Assembly (NCBI RefSeq): GCF_004010195.1
Contig: NC_057751.1
Coordinates: 19,306,300 to 19,366,597 of the forward strand
Direction of reading: 5' to 3'
DNA from: Chiloscyllium plagiosum
Lineage: Eukaryota
DNA: 60,298 nt
Shown: piece by piece, positions 1-12,570 of the stretch
How the letters are laid out: every line of letters begins with the position of its first letter
Position numbering within the stretch: position 1 is the stretch's first letter
Notes under the pieces: generated by a model
The model's database searches: none
What the model was told of the DNA's origin: nothing
The model's input: only the letters and a program-made list of their open reading frames with translations
Position numbers and translations under genes: made by a program

Positions 1-387
1 ATGATCAAATGGAGAATTAGAGTTTGCAAGCAGCACTTTGTTGATTGAGCCAACTGAAATTTCCACTGAATGGAATACCCTCACCCCCTTCCCTCTCCAC
101 CCTCTTTGCCCTCTTCCCTCATGCTCTCACGCACACTTTCTCCATCTCTCGCGTGCTCTCTCACATTTGAGTAAAACCGTCATGTAACATTAATATATCA
201 TCACAAGACATGTACTAAAAAGCCGGAAAAACAAGCTTGACTTGGGAACCCTTGAATTCCCTGAATCTGTAGGTACTGCAGAAATTAAATCACTTTCCCT
301 AGTATAAACCCAAATTTGCTTTCCTTTGTGAAATTGGGAATTGTCATAATTCTCTTAGAAATGTCTTGTCTTGTGCTTTTTCTGCAG

Positions 388-439
388 ATTTTCAAAACAA
401 CAAATACTTGAAAACCCGTTTAATCGTGGTGTCAGAAAG
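388..439 (+). CDS. STAT2: STAT2-like, exon carrying the phospho-tyrosine: (D)FQNNKYLKTRLIVVSE(R)
   Basis: Acceptor tttttctgcag|, donor |gtgagc, 52 bp (phase 1 to phase 2). Resembles mammalian STAT2 KYLKHRLIVVSNR (Tyr690). Tyr codon at 405-407. Linkage to GLS2 supports the call. Confidence 0.8.
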
Positions 440-555
440 GTGAGCAAACCATTGTGCCGATAACTCTGTGCATTTACGTCATGAGGTTTGTATTCATGAT
501 CAGAAATCTTGGGAAGTTAATATTTATAAATGATGTGGACTGGGGTGGACAAGGT

Positions 556-675
556 CAGAGGTCACATGACACCAGGTTATAGTCAAACAAGTGCCCTGAC
601 AAAGGGGCAGCGCTCTGAAAGCTTGTGATTTTAAATAAACATGTTGGGCTATAACCTGGTGTTATGTCACTTCTG
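556..675. mobile_element. Penelope-associated short fold-back repeat with degenerate hammerhead core
   Basis: Imperfect inverted arms 556-589 and 642-675 flank ctgacaaaggggcagcgctctgaaagctt (596-624). Same family as 55054-55142. Confidence 0.55.
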
Positions 676-1646
676 AGACTATTCCTAAAAGAACAGCATA
701 ATAGGAGGGTGTTGAAGGGGCTTTGTCAGTGGCATTCGAACTCTGAAAATGGAGACTTTCGTTATGTGCAAATGCTGCAGTATTGTGCGCCTGTGCAGGT
801 AGCATAGTTTCAAACTAAAAGTTCTGGTTTACTCATGCGTTTTGCAGTTCATGTCAAGCCCTTAATTCAACTCTGATACAAATGATGTACGTAAAATGTA
901 AGCTGGAAGCCTGTAGAGCTTAATGCTATCTCACTTATCACTTCAATCACTGCCATGTCATTGAAGTCAGGAAGTTGCATATTTGCAGTCCCTGATTGTG
1001 TCTCAGAATTATCCCAAAACATTTTGCTTGCAATGAGTTTGTTCAAAAGGCAGTCACAGCAGTACCCATTTCACGTACAATGTTGTCCCAGAGCCAGCAA
1101 GGAGGTGGCTACGTAATCTCTCTTTTTAAATGCTGCGAGTTGAGGAATTGAATTGAATTGACTCGAATTTGTTGTCATGTGTACCAAGGCACAGTGGAAA
1201 GCTTTGTCTTGCGAGCAGTACAGGCAGATCACAGAGTTAAGTAGCATAGGTAAACAGCAAAACAAAAACACAGGTACAGGTGAATGTTTGAGTCCATTCA
1301 GTATTCTAACAACAGTAAGGTAGAAGTTGTTTTGAAACCGGCTGGTGCGTGTGTTCAGGCTTCTGTACCTTCTCCCCGGTGGTAGAGATTGTAGAAAAAC
1401 GTTGCCAGGGTGGGATGGATCTTTGAGAATGCTGGCGGCCTTTCATTGACAGAGGGCCTGGTAGATGGATTCTATAGATGAGAGGTTGGCCTTTGTGATT
1501 GTCCCGGCCGAGTTCACCACTCTCTGTAACCGTCTCTGATCTTGAATGGTACAGTTGCCATACCAGGTAGTGATACATCCAGACAGAATGCTCTCGATGG
1601 CACATCTATAAAAGTTGGCAAGAGTATTCACCGTCATGCCAAATTT

Positions 1647-2144
1647 TTGTGGTTCTGTTCGCTGAGCTGGGAATTTGTTACGGACGTTTCGTCCCCTGTC
1701 TAGGGGACATCCTCAGTGCTTGGGAGCCTCCTGTGAAGCGCTTCTGTGGTGTTTCTGTGTGTTTTTGCATGAGCAAAACCAATGTAATGTACAAAATCCC
1801 ATGCAAGGACTGCACAAAACACTACATAGGACAAACAGGAAGACAGCTAACGATCCGTATCCATGAACACCAACTAGCCACGAAACGACATGNNNNNNNN
1901 NNNNNNNNNNNNNNNNNNNNNNNNNNNNNNNNNNNNCGGACAGCTGGAACTGACAACCGGAAGCAGCAGAGACAAACCACTATAAATGCCAAAGGAAACA
2001 ACACAGGAACACTTCTCAGGAGGCTCCCAAGCACTGAGGATGTCACCTAGACAGGGGACGAAACATCTGCAACACAAATTCCCAGCTCGGCGAACAGAAC
2101 CACAACAACGAGCACCCGAGCTACAAGTCTTCTCTCAAACTTTG
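1647..2144 (+). mobile_element. Penelope-like element fragment (GIY-YIG) with inverted terminal repeats and 14-bp TSD
   Basis: KTNVMYKIPCKDCTKHYIGQTGR. TSD gtcatgccaaattt at 1633-1646 and 2145-2158. Hammerhead cores at 1683-1716 (-) and 2034-2067 (+). Contains the N gap. Confidence 0.85.
1893..1936. other. assembly gap (44 N)
   Basis: Run of n in the sequence. Confidence 1.
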
Positions 2145-4128
2145 GTCATGCCAAATTTCCTCAGCTGCCTGAGGAAGAAGAGACATTGTTGGGCCTTTGT
2201 AACCAGGAAGCTTGTTGTGGCTGACCACTCCCAGGAGCTTGACACTCCCCATTCGTTCTACCTCTGTGCTGTTAATGTGTGTGGGGGGGAAGGGGGGGCT
2301 GACTAACATCCTGCCGAAAGTCAATAATGAGATCCTTGGTTTTTCCAGCATTGAGAGCTAGGTTGTTCTCAGTGCACCATTTTTCCCGGTCTTCCACCTC
2401 CCGTCTATAGTCTGTCTCATCGCCATCTGAGATTCGACTGACTATGGTGGTGTCATCAGTGAACTTGCAAATGGCATTAGTCTGGTATTTGGTGATGCAG
2501 TGATGGGTATACAGTGAGTACAGTAGGGGGCTGAGTACGCACTCCTGGGGGGCTCCAGTGTTGAGTGTTAGTGAGGATGAAATATTATCCCCAATCTTCA
2601 CTGGTTGTGGCCTGTGGGTCAGGAAACTGAGGATCCAGTTGCAGAGAGTGAGGCTTAATCTGAGATCACTAAGTTTAGTAATCAGTCTCGAGGGGATAAT
2701 AGTGTTGAAGGTTGAACTGTAGTCAATGAGTAGGATTCTTACGCAGCTGTTCTTGGTGTCAAGATATTCTAGGGAGGAGTTCAGGGCAAGTGATATGGCA
2801 TCTGACTTGAATCTGTTGGTCCGATAGGCAAATTGGAGTGGGTCAAGAGTAGTGGGCAGGCTGGAGTTGATTAATGCCATGACCAGCCTTTCAAAGCACT
2901 TCATGACCACTGAAGCTAGGGCCACTGGGCGGTAGTCATTGAGACATGCTACATGAGCTGCCTTAGGCACAGGGATGATGATGGCCCTCTTGGAACAGGC
3001 AGGGACAGTGGCCCTGCCGCAGGGAGAGGTTGAAGATGTCCGAGAAGACCTCTGTCAGTTGATCTGAGCATGCTCTGAGTGCACGGCCTGGTACTCTGTC
3101 TGGTCCCATCGTTTTCCTTGGATTCACATGAAGGAAAACTGATCTGATCTCTGATTCAGTGACTGTTGGGATAAGTTAGTCAGGACCTGTCAGAATAGGT
3201 GTTACCCCTCCGCCGAAATTCTGCTCAAAGCGAAGGCATTGAGATGACCTGGGAGGGATGTGTCATCGTTTGCTATCTTGCACTGTCTCTTTTTAGAACC
3301 TGTGATGTCATTCAGGCCTTGCCATAGTCGCTGGGTGTCTGTTTTTGTCTCTAGTTTGGATCGGTACTGGTCCTTGGCTGTCTTAATGGCTCTGTGAAGG
3401 AATGAACGTTAGCCAGGATGTCAGAACAACTTTGAATCCTCCTTTTTTAAAAAAAAATACACCATTTAAAATTTTCAACATTCATCAGAACAAATTGAAC
3501 TATCCTATCTATCTCATTCATCTATTTTTGAATTTTCTGTATTTTTGATTGTGGACTGAAATGGGAAAAGACTGGTTTAAAACCAAACCGTTGTGGAAAG
3601 GATTGCTGCACTTTTTAAAAATGAGAAGGAAGTTACTGAAGCACTATTTACACAGATGTTTATTCAAGCAGTGGGAGAAATCTAATTACAGACAAGCTGG
3701 ATATGTGTACAAATGGAAACTTGGCCAGCAAAAAGTAGCTGATTGCTCGGGGGAATGGGGACCTGTTGTTGATGACAAAGACTTGCTGCCTGCCAACAAC
3801 TATGTGATTGGTTCCTAGGTAGCTCAACAGCTTGTGGCTGTGAATATTGGCACTAGAAGCCATCAGACCTCTGGAAAGGAAGACACTGTCCTTTCTCCAC
3901 AGTAAAACACATCCAGCCTGATGACAGCCAGTTTACTTCCCTTCTCAGTTTCTGTAAGCTGTGGCCCTTAACAATAAATCAGACACTTTCTAAGTTGCTT
4001 TTTGCCTCCTGTGAGCCTGGGGAAGGTAGGTTGAGGAACAGGAAGTCTTGATGAGCAAAAGAGGATCATTTCAGCAAACCCTTTTGGACAGTGACCATTG
4101 AACTGCCTGTTCAGTCTTTCCCACTACC

Positions 4129-4132
<4 letters not shown>

Positions 4133-4170
<38 letters not shown>
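4133..4170. repeat. (GT)19 microsatellite
   Basis: Read directly. Confidence 0.95.
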
Positions 4171-4172
<2 letters not shown>

Positions 4173-4701
4173 GGGGAGTTTCATAATGAGGGTACAATTT
4201 TAACCAGCAGACTTGTATTTTGATCCATAATTGTTCATCTAGTTATTTGCAAACATTGTAATTCCTGTTAAGTACAGCAATGTGGTCCATGCTTTCTGCA
4301 AACCTGGGTCTGAAAGACAGAGAAATTGGTGGGGGGTAGAGGGAAAACTGGTTTTATGAACTTCTATAAATCTTTAACTTTTGTGATGACTCTGGGAATT
4401 GCAGAGCTTCATCTTTGGCACACTTGCCCCATGAGGATGAAACCTCTGAGGCAGCGCACTGAATGTTGCTCCAATGTGTCAGCCTCGATCTTTTTTGCTT
4501 GATTCCCTAATTGGGATTTAAGCCCATCACTTTCTGACTGTTGGCCACAATGCTGCAGAAGAAGTGAAGGTGGTCTTTCATGTTTCCTTCTGTTGTATTG
4601 GGATGGATGTAAAACTGCTGCATTAAATTGTGAAGAGAATGTATTCTGGATTTTTGAGGTTTCTCTCCTTTCTGCCGCTCCCCACACCCACCCCTCTGCA
4701 G

Positions 4702-4769
4702 ACGGTCTTCTGATCTTCCCAGTGACGAGATCATGGATGATTGTCAGCTGGGTAACCTTCAATTATCAG
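4702..4769 (+). CDS. STAT2: STAT2-like penultimate coding exon: (R)RSSDLPSDEIMDDCQLGNLQLS(D)
   Basis: Pyrimidine-rich acceptor cccctctgcag|, donor |gtaacg, 68 bp (phase 2 to phase 1). Phases match both neighbouring exons. Acidic, transactivation-domain-like. No homology recognised directly. Confidence 0.6.
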
Positions 4770-5139
4770 GTAACGTTATTATTTACTTGGAAATGTTTGT
4801 CTTGCCAAACTGTTTCGGTTCTGTGGTAAGACCATGAAATTTGTTGTTCTGTGACTGTGCCTCCTCTAGTTCTTTTCTCTTTTGTTTTTGTTTCTTGCAT
4901 CATGTTTTAGCTAATTTTCATTGAGGAAATTATTGTGCCCCTCTCCATCATGGCACTTTGGGGCAGGAGAATGAATCCAGTTTTCATGGGGGACCATTGC
5001 TTTGTTTTAAACTAATTTTAAGGTTACAATCTTATATTACTACATGCTTCTTTTCACACCTCAACATGACAGCATTGCACATCAGTTATATCTGATGTGT
5101 GTTCTGATAACACAGTTTTGGGTTAAATTGCAATGAGGA

Positions 5140-5960
5140 AATAAGAACCTTACAAATGGATATAGATAGATTAAGAGAGTGGGCCAAAATGTGGCAAATG
5201 GAGTTTAACCTGGATAAATGTGAGATTGTCTATTTGGGTCGGAAAAAAATGGGAAGGTGACTTATTATCTAAACAGGCAGAGACTTCGAGGTGCTCTGGT
5301 GCAGAGGGATCTGGGTGTCCTTGTTCATGAGTCACAGGAAACTAGCATGCAGGTACAGCAGATAATAAAGAAAGCAAATGGAATGTTGACTTTTATAGCT
5401 AAAGGAATAGAATATAAAGGTGTTGTTGCAACTATACAAGGTATTGGTGAGACTGCACCTGGGGTATTGTGCCCAGTTTTGGTCCCTTTATTTGAGGAAA
5501 GATGTCGTGGCATTGGAGGCAGTTCAGAGGAGGTTCACTAGATTGATCTCAGAGATGAGGGGCTTTGTCTGATGAAGAGAGATTGAACCTGTACTCTCTG
5601 GAATTTAGAAAAATGAAGGGAGATCAAATTGAGATATTCAAGATGATAAAAAGTATGAATAAAATAGATATGGAGCAGATGCTTCCATTTGTGGTCATAG
5701 CCTTCAGATAAGGGGGTAGTAAGTTTAAAACCGAGTTCAGGAGAAACGACTTCTCCCAGTGGGTTGTGGAGCTATGGCATTCCCTACCCCAAAGTGCTGT
5801 GGGTGCTGGGACAGGGAGTAAAGGTAAGGAGGAGTTAGACAGATTTTTATTTGGTAATGGGTTGAAGGGTTATGGAGAGAAGGCAGGAAATTGGGAGTGA
5901 GCAGCATATCAGCCATGATCGAATGGCGGAGCAGACTCGATCTTATGAACTTATGAACTA
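5140..5960 (+). mobile_element. CR1 LINE 3' fragment, degenerate
   Basis: RDLGVLVHES...QVQQIIKKANGML; CR1-type 3' end. Confidence 0.85.
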
Positions 5961-6387
5961 AACTCTAGTTGAGGTCTCATGCCACTTTTCAACTGATCAG
6001 GAGCTTTTTTTTTGTATGATCTCGAATTGGGGGAACCACTATTGCCATGTTGATGACATGTATATGTTCCTCCAGAATCTATGAAGTTGGACAATGTTCT
6101 TAGGAAAGATCTACAAGGTAGATTCTCCATCTTGTCTCTCTCTGCTGTCTTTCATAATTTACATGTTTAACTGGTTTTCATTCCACTCTTGCATATGACC
6201 TAACACTTAATGACTGAAAGGCTGAAATATACAGGTATTCTATCATGTCTCTTCTTTTCAGCCTTGAGGTGTTGAGGGGGAGTGGAGGCAGTGATACAGA
6301 ACCGGGCTTGTTTCTCGCAGAATAATTTAAATACACCACTTTAATACACCTCATTAAATGTACACTCGGGTAGTAATATATAATGTA

Positions 6388-7028
6388 CAGAGGAACCTCT
6401 ATCTGGCATTCGATTAACCGAATTTTGGATTATCTGAACAAGATCTCAAGGTCCTGCAAAAACGTTACCTCGGAGAGGTAAGTGTATTTGATTTATATGG
6501 ACTGAAGAAGATGTGAAAACACTGGAAAAAACAAAGAAACATAAGCAGCTCAAGCATCAGCAACTGGATATCTTTTAGGTAAGGGTTAGTTACCCAGCCC
6601 TTTGCAAAACTAGGTGTTTTACAGTTTTCCTGTCACTTTACCGGGCCGTTCATGGAAAAAGAAGGCCATGAAAGTAACCGCATGCATGAGGCGTTTATGC
6701 TTCTGTCTTTCTATCGCAAGACTGAGTTCCTAGAACCTGACAAATGCTCTTGTGATCGTAGAAGCTATTCGAGACCTTGTTAATGCTGGGATTTCCTCTA
6801 CAGTATTTATGTGGTGGTAAGGGTTTAGTCCTTCTCAGTTTAACCTGTAATTTGCAGAATGCAAGATTAGTTTGTTTAAATAGCAGACTCATTAAAATTA
6901 TAGATTTAAACAAATTCTCTAGTAGAGCACAGTGTTAGATCAGTATGGCTTCCCTTGTTTAAGGTAAAATTGATTATCTGAACAAAATAGTGCCCACCCA
7001 TCTCATTCAGATAATCGAGGTTCCTCTG
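6388..7028. mobile_element. Tc1/mariner-pogo (Tigger-like) non-autonomous DNA transposon
   Basis: Terminal inverted repeat CAGAGGAACCTC...GAGGTTCCTCTG, flanked by TA at 6386-6387 and 7029-7030. Confidence 0.75.
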
Positions 7029-7199
7029 TACATGCCACGTTACTACTTTCCTCCATTTTGCCAGTCTCTCGCAATGCGATAGCCTCCAGTCTGTGCTTGT
7101 GAACACTTAAGAATGATAGCTCTATAACAATTTGACAGTAAAGACCCTTTCCAATCCATCACATTCTCACTTCACTCTAATTGTGTTTCTCCCCTACAG

Positions 7200-7237
7200 A
7201 TTTAATGGAATTTCTGGAATCTGATTCGATGATTTAG
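7200..7237 (+). CDS. STAT2: STAT2-like terminal coding exon: (D)LMEFLESDSMI*
   Basis: Branch-like ctctaat plus strong acceptor ttgtgtttctcccctacag|. Phase 1 matches the upstream exon. TAG at 7235-7237. Confidence 0.55.
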
Positions 7238-8483
7238 AACCAACGGTGAAATTATCCATGGGGGATCTCATCTTTCTACTGCAAAATGAATCGTCAAATT
7301 TCTAGAATGTGGACTTTGTTCCATCATCTTAACTCTGTACACTTCATAGGATTATCTTTCGTAATGTTTTCAATTCTGAGATTGAGCTGTCACTGTAAAC
7401 AGCAAAACTGTTATGTTGCTAAAATGCAATCTTGTGTGTACGTAAAAACAAGCCAACACTGATGATACATGTGACAAGAGCTTGGAAGAGTATCAGTGAA
7501 CCATTTCGTTCCCATTCCAATTTATGTAGGAAATTAAAGGGGAAATGTGAATGTTGTTGTTTGCTGGAGCAGTGTTGCCTCCAATGAATCTTGTTTTCTG
7601 CTTAACTGACCAGGAGAAACCGGTGTTCTGGTCCATGCTATCCCCATCATGTTGGAGGTGGTGTAGCATATAAATTCATGTAAAACATTATTCTGCTGAG
7701 ACAGGAAGAGGCCAGGCCACAAATGTTTTTCCCTCCCAACCCCCCCCCCCCCAAAAAAAAAACTTATAACAACACTAACCTCACTATTGTTGCTTCTCTC
7801 CCCCACCTGTATCATTAAATGGCCCTTGTGGGATCACAAGTCATCAATTTGATGATTAACCTTATGCTTTCTTCTGCTTTGCAAAATATTCTTGTAGCTG
7901 TAGAATATGTTTGAAACTAAGAATTTTTAGGATAAAGCAAAGAAAGTAACTCCCAACAAGCCAGTGCTGCTTAAAGTTTTCAATCTAAGAAAGCATCTTT
8001 ACAGAGACTTGCTTGTTTATCTTTAATATTTGGACTGACTATATTTTTTTATCCATCTTGAATAGGCTTATTATCTAACTGGGAGAAACTGATGGAGACT
8101 TCCTGTCCACAAATTTTATACTGACTGATAATTTGAGAGATAGACATAAAAAAGGAGCTGGATAAAAAGTGTAACTATAGCTTACTTTGATGACTTTCTG
8201 CTGTTCAGTGCTGGAAGAATTAGGAAAGCAATCTTTCCTTTTTCACCAGATTGACTGTCGCAGAGTTCTTGAATCCTGTTCCCAAAGTGATCAAGATTTC
8301 ACAAAAGTAATCCTGGTTTATTCTAAATAATTGAGTTAGGATTATATGCCAAATTCTTTTAAAAGGTGTTCCTCATGTTTGAGGAACAGACTTGTCATGT
8401 GTGACAGTTGCTGGTATAGTTGAATGTAATAATTAGGATATATCAACATTGAACCAAGTGAAATACTCATGAAGGCTTTTAAG

Positions 8484-8489
8484 AATAAA
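8484..8489 (+). terminator. candidate STAT2 poly(A) signal (alternative candidate at 12799-12804)
   Basis: AATAAA followed by GT/T-rich sequence. Cannot be verified without RNA data. Confidence 0.25.
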
Positions 8490-8974
8490 TCAAATTGTGG
8501 TTGACATTAAGTCTTAGAGGTTTTTCTGTGAAAGATCCCCTTGAGGTACAGAAAAGGAAATTTTTAAGTCTTGTGCATTACAGTTGTTGCACAATTTACT
8601 TTCTGTTTATATGTGGCTACCAAATAGCCATTACATCTCAACATATGTCAGTTGTGCAATTCATTCCCTTGCACTCGCTCTCCTACATGTGTGCATTCAT
8701 GCCCTTGCTTGTTCTCATGTGTATTCCCACTGCTGTTTAACCTCTCTTCTTCTATGCTTTGTCAATGACCCAATTAGCTTTTTACAGTGGCTATCCTGTG
8801 TAAATATCTGGTATAGAATATGGGTTCATTGTGAATGGTGTTTCAAATCTGTATGAGATAAAGATAATAAGGTACACAAACGTTCCAGACATTTGATTTT
8901 TCTGATGCTTGGACTACTGAGTTGGTTCTAATTATTATTTGAACCTTAATGTGTGCATCATTGTTAAGGTGCTT

Positions 8975-9370
8975 TATTTACGGATTGATTCCTGGGATGG
9001 CAGGACTGATGGATGAAGAGAGTCTGGATCAGTTAGAACTGTATTCATTGGAGTTTTGAAGAATGAGGGGGTGGGGGATTTCCACAGAAGCCTGTGAACT
9101 TCTAATTGGACTAGAAAAGGTAGATGTAGGAAGGATATTCTTGATGGTGGGGCAGTCCAAAACCAGGGATCGCAGTCTAAGGATATGGAGTAAACCATTA
9201 AGGACTGAGATCAGCAGAATTGGGGGGGGCAGGGGGGCGGGCGGCATGTACCATTCTCTGCCACAAAAAGTGGTCAAAGCCAAAACACTGAATGTTCTGA
9301 AGAAGGAGTTAGACATAGTTCTTAGGGGACAGGGGACTAAGTTTGATGATCTGTGTTTCTATGTTTATGA
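8975..9370 (+). mobile_element. CR1 LINE 3' fragment
   Basis: KTRDRSLRIWSKPLRTE...SLPQKVVKAKTLNVLKKELD. Confidence 0.8.
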
Positions 9371-9929
9371 TGATGGGTGCTCCATTGTTTGATGGGAGTC
9401 AGAAGTTCACTTGAAATTTAGGTATTAGAGACTAGTGGGAATTTCAGAGGTAAAAATGAAGATTATTGAGTGAGAAATGAAGTAGCTGTTAAGATTATTG
9501 AACCAGAAATGAAGTAATTGTTGTAATGTTTCACACCCTGCACATTTTATAGAGTGTATGTTAAGGGACCAACTCCACTGTTCCTCAGTGTATATTCTCC
9601 ATAACAGGTTTGTCGAACCTCCTTGCAGTCCCTAAAAATGAGATGACTATTTTCTGGCCTTCTCTGATATTGCCTTTACTTCCAAAAGAAACCAGTGCCT
9701 GCCCATTTGCTTACTGCAGCAATGCTGAGTATTCCACAGATGCCTGTCTCCCAGGAATCATTTCGCTTTCACCCATATTTGCACATGATGGACCACGTTT
9801 TGTTTTTATTTCCTCATTCATAGGGACAAGTGTGCAAATCTTAAGAAGAAAAACATCAGATGTTTGGAAACTTATTTTACTATCAATTTAAGCCACTATT
9901 TGAACAACCTAAAAATTGGAAACCAATTT

Positions 9930-11310
9930 CTCACCTGCCCAACTCAAAATTGAACACTAATTCAGTAAGATACCTGGCATTGCCTTTGCCTGCATAAGAA
10001 GTCAATGTCTGCCCATCCTGTTGATGTAGCAACATGGAGTATTCCAGATTAATGTCTGTCTTATCAGAAATGATCATGATTTTGATTTGATGTTTTTCAT
10101 TCTTGCGAAAATCTGTGGCAGTGAGATGTGCTGCCAAATCGTGTAATGAATTGAAGGGCTTGGTTCAATAGATTTGGGCAAGACACCGTAGGAACATAAT
10201 GACTAAAATGACCTAAAGTCACATTCTGCAACAGCTCTCTTCAGGTCAGTCATTTTACAGCTAAAGCTTCATGTGGAACGGGTTATGGATTTCAGTGGCA
10301 TCTGTTCCAAGTGGGTCTGCAAATGTTTGAAGCTGCCAATCAGTGCAGTGTAATTTTCATTGACTGAGCATGTCTCACTGGTGTTGTGAAATGAACAACG
10401 TCCTTAATTTTCAATGTTTCTGAAGCAGTTCCAACCTCTGAAGGAACATTTGGGCATGTTCATACAGTTTGTTGATAAACTGACCCTTCCCTTTCATTCA
10501 AAGTTGAAGACTGAAAGTAACTTAGTGTCAATCAGGAATTCGAAGTCATTCAACCACTCGTCAGTCGGGAAGCTCACATCTTCTGCTTTGTTTGCCATCG
10601 AGGGTTTTAATCCCTTCTTACAGTGCCCAGAATCTGCACTTTGATGAAAATGTCTTACCCCAACGTTGTGCCTCTCTTGCAGTTTCTCAAAGTCTTCCAA
10701 TTTTTATGACGACTCATTAAAAGATTACTTGCTGAACTGTAGCACATCCATGGTGTTCTCTGGCTCTAAACTGATGGAAAGCAAGCTTTTTATGATCAGG
10801 GAATGTTGAATGTTCGATGCAAGGTTCTCCACTCTCCTAGCCATGGTTTGATGTGAAAGGCAAGTTTTCTCGGGGTGTGCTACAGTTGTAAATACATCCA
10901 GTCTTTCAAAATCCCCATCAGATTGGAGTTTCCCAAATTATATAATAGCAACTGGTCTTTGTTTACAGTTTCATTTACAATTCTGAAGAATGATTGATAG
11001 TCAACCAGGATTTTGTGATTTTTTTTTTTTTGCTTGCTTGATTCTCACCTGAACTTTTGAGGTTGTCGAACATGCCAGCATGTTTTGTACAATGGTACCA
11101 TTTGGTTTTACTCCTTAAAACCAGCTATCTTCTCCAGACACAACATGACCCTGTTGTGCTCAAGAACAAAGAAGACATTGATCTAATGCCTACATTGTTA
11201 ATTGTCTTGCCTGAGACAAAGGGGGTCAGCATCTTTGTATTCCCATGTGTTATGGGTAATAAACAGATAATATCCAATCCCATTGCAAGAATGTTGTTTA
11301 ACTGAATAGC
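9930..11310 (-). mobile_element. decayed hAT (SPIN/Charlie/GTF2IRD2-like) transposase fossil
   Basis: Frameshifted motifs in transposase order: CLEKIAGFKE (N-terminal Zn-finger region, ~11130), DEWLNDFEFLIDT (~10540), FGSTS...QIFARMKNIKSK (dimerisation domain, ~10100). Confidence 0.65.
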
Positions 11311-12459
11311 TCCTTCTGGAATCTAAGTGAGAGAAGCTGCCTTCAAGAGTGAGGAGAGGTACAATATCAGAATTCCTTGTACATTTTGCTGCCATTGTAG
11401 CTGAGCTGCATTCTTGCCACTTCTGTCCTGATGAAGTTGAACCTGTTCCCCACCCTCAAATTAGCAACCTCTCTCTGGCAGTGGCCACCTTTCTTAACTC
11501 TGCAGCCAAGTTCCACAGTGAGGCCTCTATTTACTACATCTGAGATTCTCCTGGTTTCAAAGAGAGGCATGGGTCTCTGGTTTCTGTTTACTCTGTCTCA
11601 CCCCAGTCACCATCACTGCAAAATTAAAACCACCTGGCCAGTGCTTCTCCTGTCAGGAGTGAAGTCTTGGGCTGCAGCTTCTCCTGAGTCAGTTGTCCCT
11701 TTGCTGTTCCCCTGTTTACTCACTGCACAACTTCAGTGCTGTGAAAATTCAAAACGCTCATCTCTATGTACACTTCCACTGTTTTCCTGCTCATTCAATC
11801 AGAGGCTCTGTTTTACCCACATTTAGTTTCTGATCAAGCCTATTGGCAGGAAGATAACAGATTCTGATTGGCTGAGCAGCTTGTCACATTTCTCAAAAAC
11901 CGTGTATCTTTCCACAGTAACTTGGACAAGGACTCTTCCATTACAATGTTGGCCAGTCACATGGCAGCCAGTGGACTGCCTGTTGACCAGGGCTGGTATA
12001 CACCAGGGCTCTGATAGGTCATGCACAGAATATCAGCTGGATAAAACTGGTGTTTGATTTTCAAATACTTCAGGATATTAGGAGCTTGCTAGGGCACAGT
12101 TTGTGTGTGGATAGACAAAGCAATTTACTGGAATATGTATTTAAGTTTGGTTTACTCTGTGGTTTATATTTTTACTCTTAGCTTTGCACTTATCTGCAAT
12201 ATATATTGTACAAGTCAAAGTGACAGTAAACATGATGATAATTCAGGCTCATTGCAGATGCAAATTCCCATCATAGTTAATATTTTGCTAACCTTCCATG
12301 AGTAGTCTTTACATGATTCATCTGGGAAGGAACGGTGGGAGGAATAACATTCAGGACTGTTTCTTTTTTCCCTCCAAATACCGGAGAACTAGTCATTAAA
12401 ACTGTAGAGTTAAGACCACTACTGTTCATGCAAAATGTTGGCGTTGGGGAGGGGGACGG

Positions 12460-12570
12460 AGGGTAGCTCTTATGGTGCGGTGGTAGTGTCCAGGCAAGCC
12501 AGGTTCAAGTTCTCACCTGCTCCAGGGGTGTGTATTAAAATGTTTTGAACAGGTTGATATAGAAAGTATC
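12460..12570 (+). mobile_element. short tRNA-headed SINE; further copies near 34500-34580 (-), 36115-36330 (-, two in tandem), 42925-43015 (+), 57935-58045 (+)
   Basis: A-box-like tggtgcggtggta, B-box-like ggttcaagt, shared tail tgaacaggttgat. Confidence 0.6.

Larger units (their letters stand above)
1145..3400 (-). mobile_element. Rex-Babar-type LINE, 5'-truncated, interrupted by a Penelope insertion
   Basis: RT ORF 2272-2970 ([32 protein letters not shown]); C-terminal fragment FYRCAIESILSGCITTWYG; (ttcaa)n-type tail near 1145-1162. Confidence 0.85.

Noticed and set aside
3550..4400. Possible solo LTR
   Set aside because: Composition is suggestive, but I could not define termini, a TSD or a second copy.
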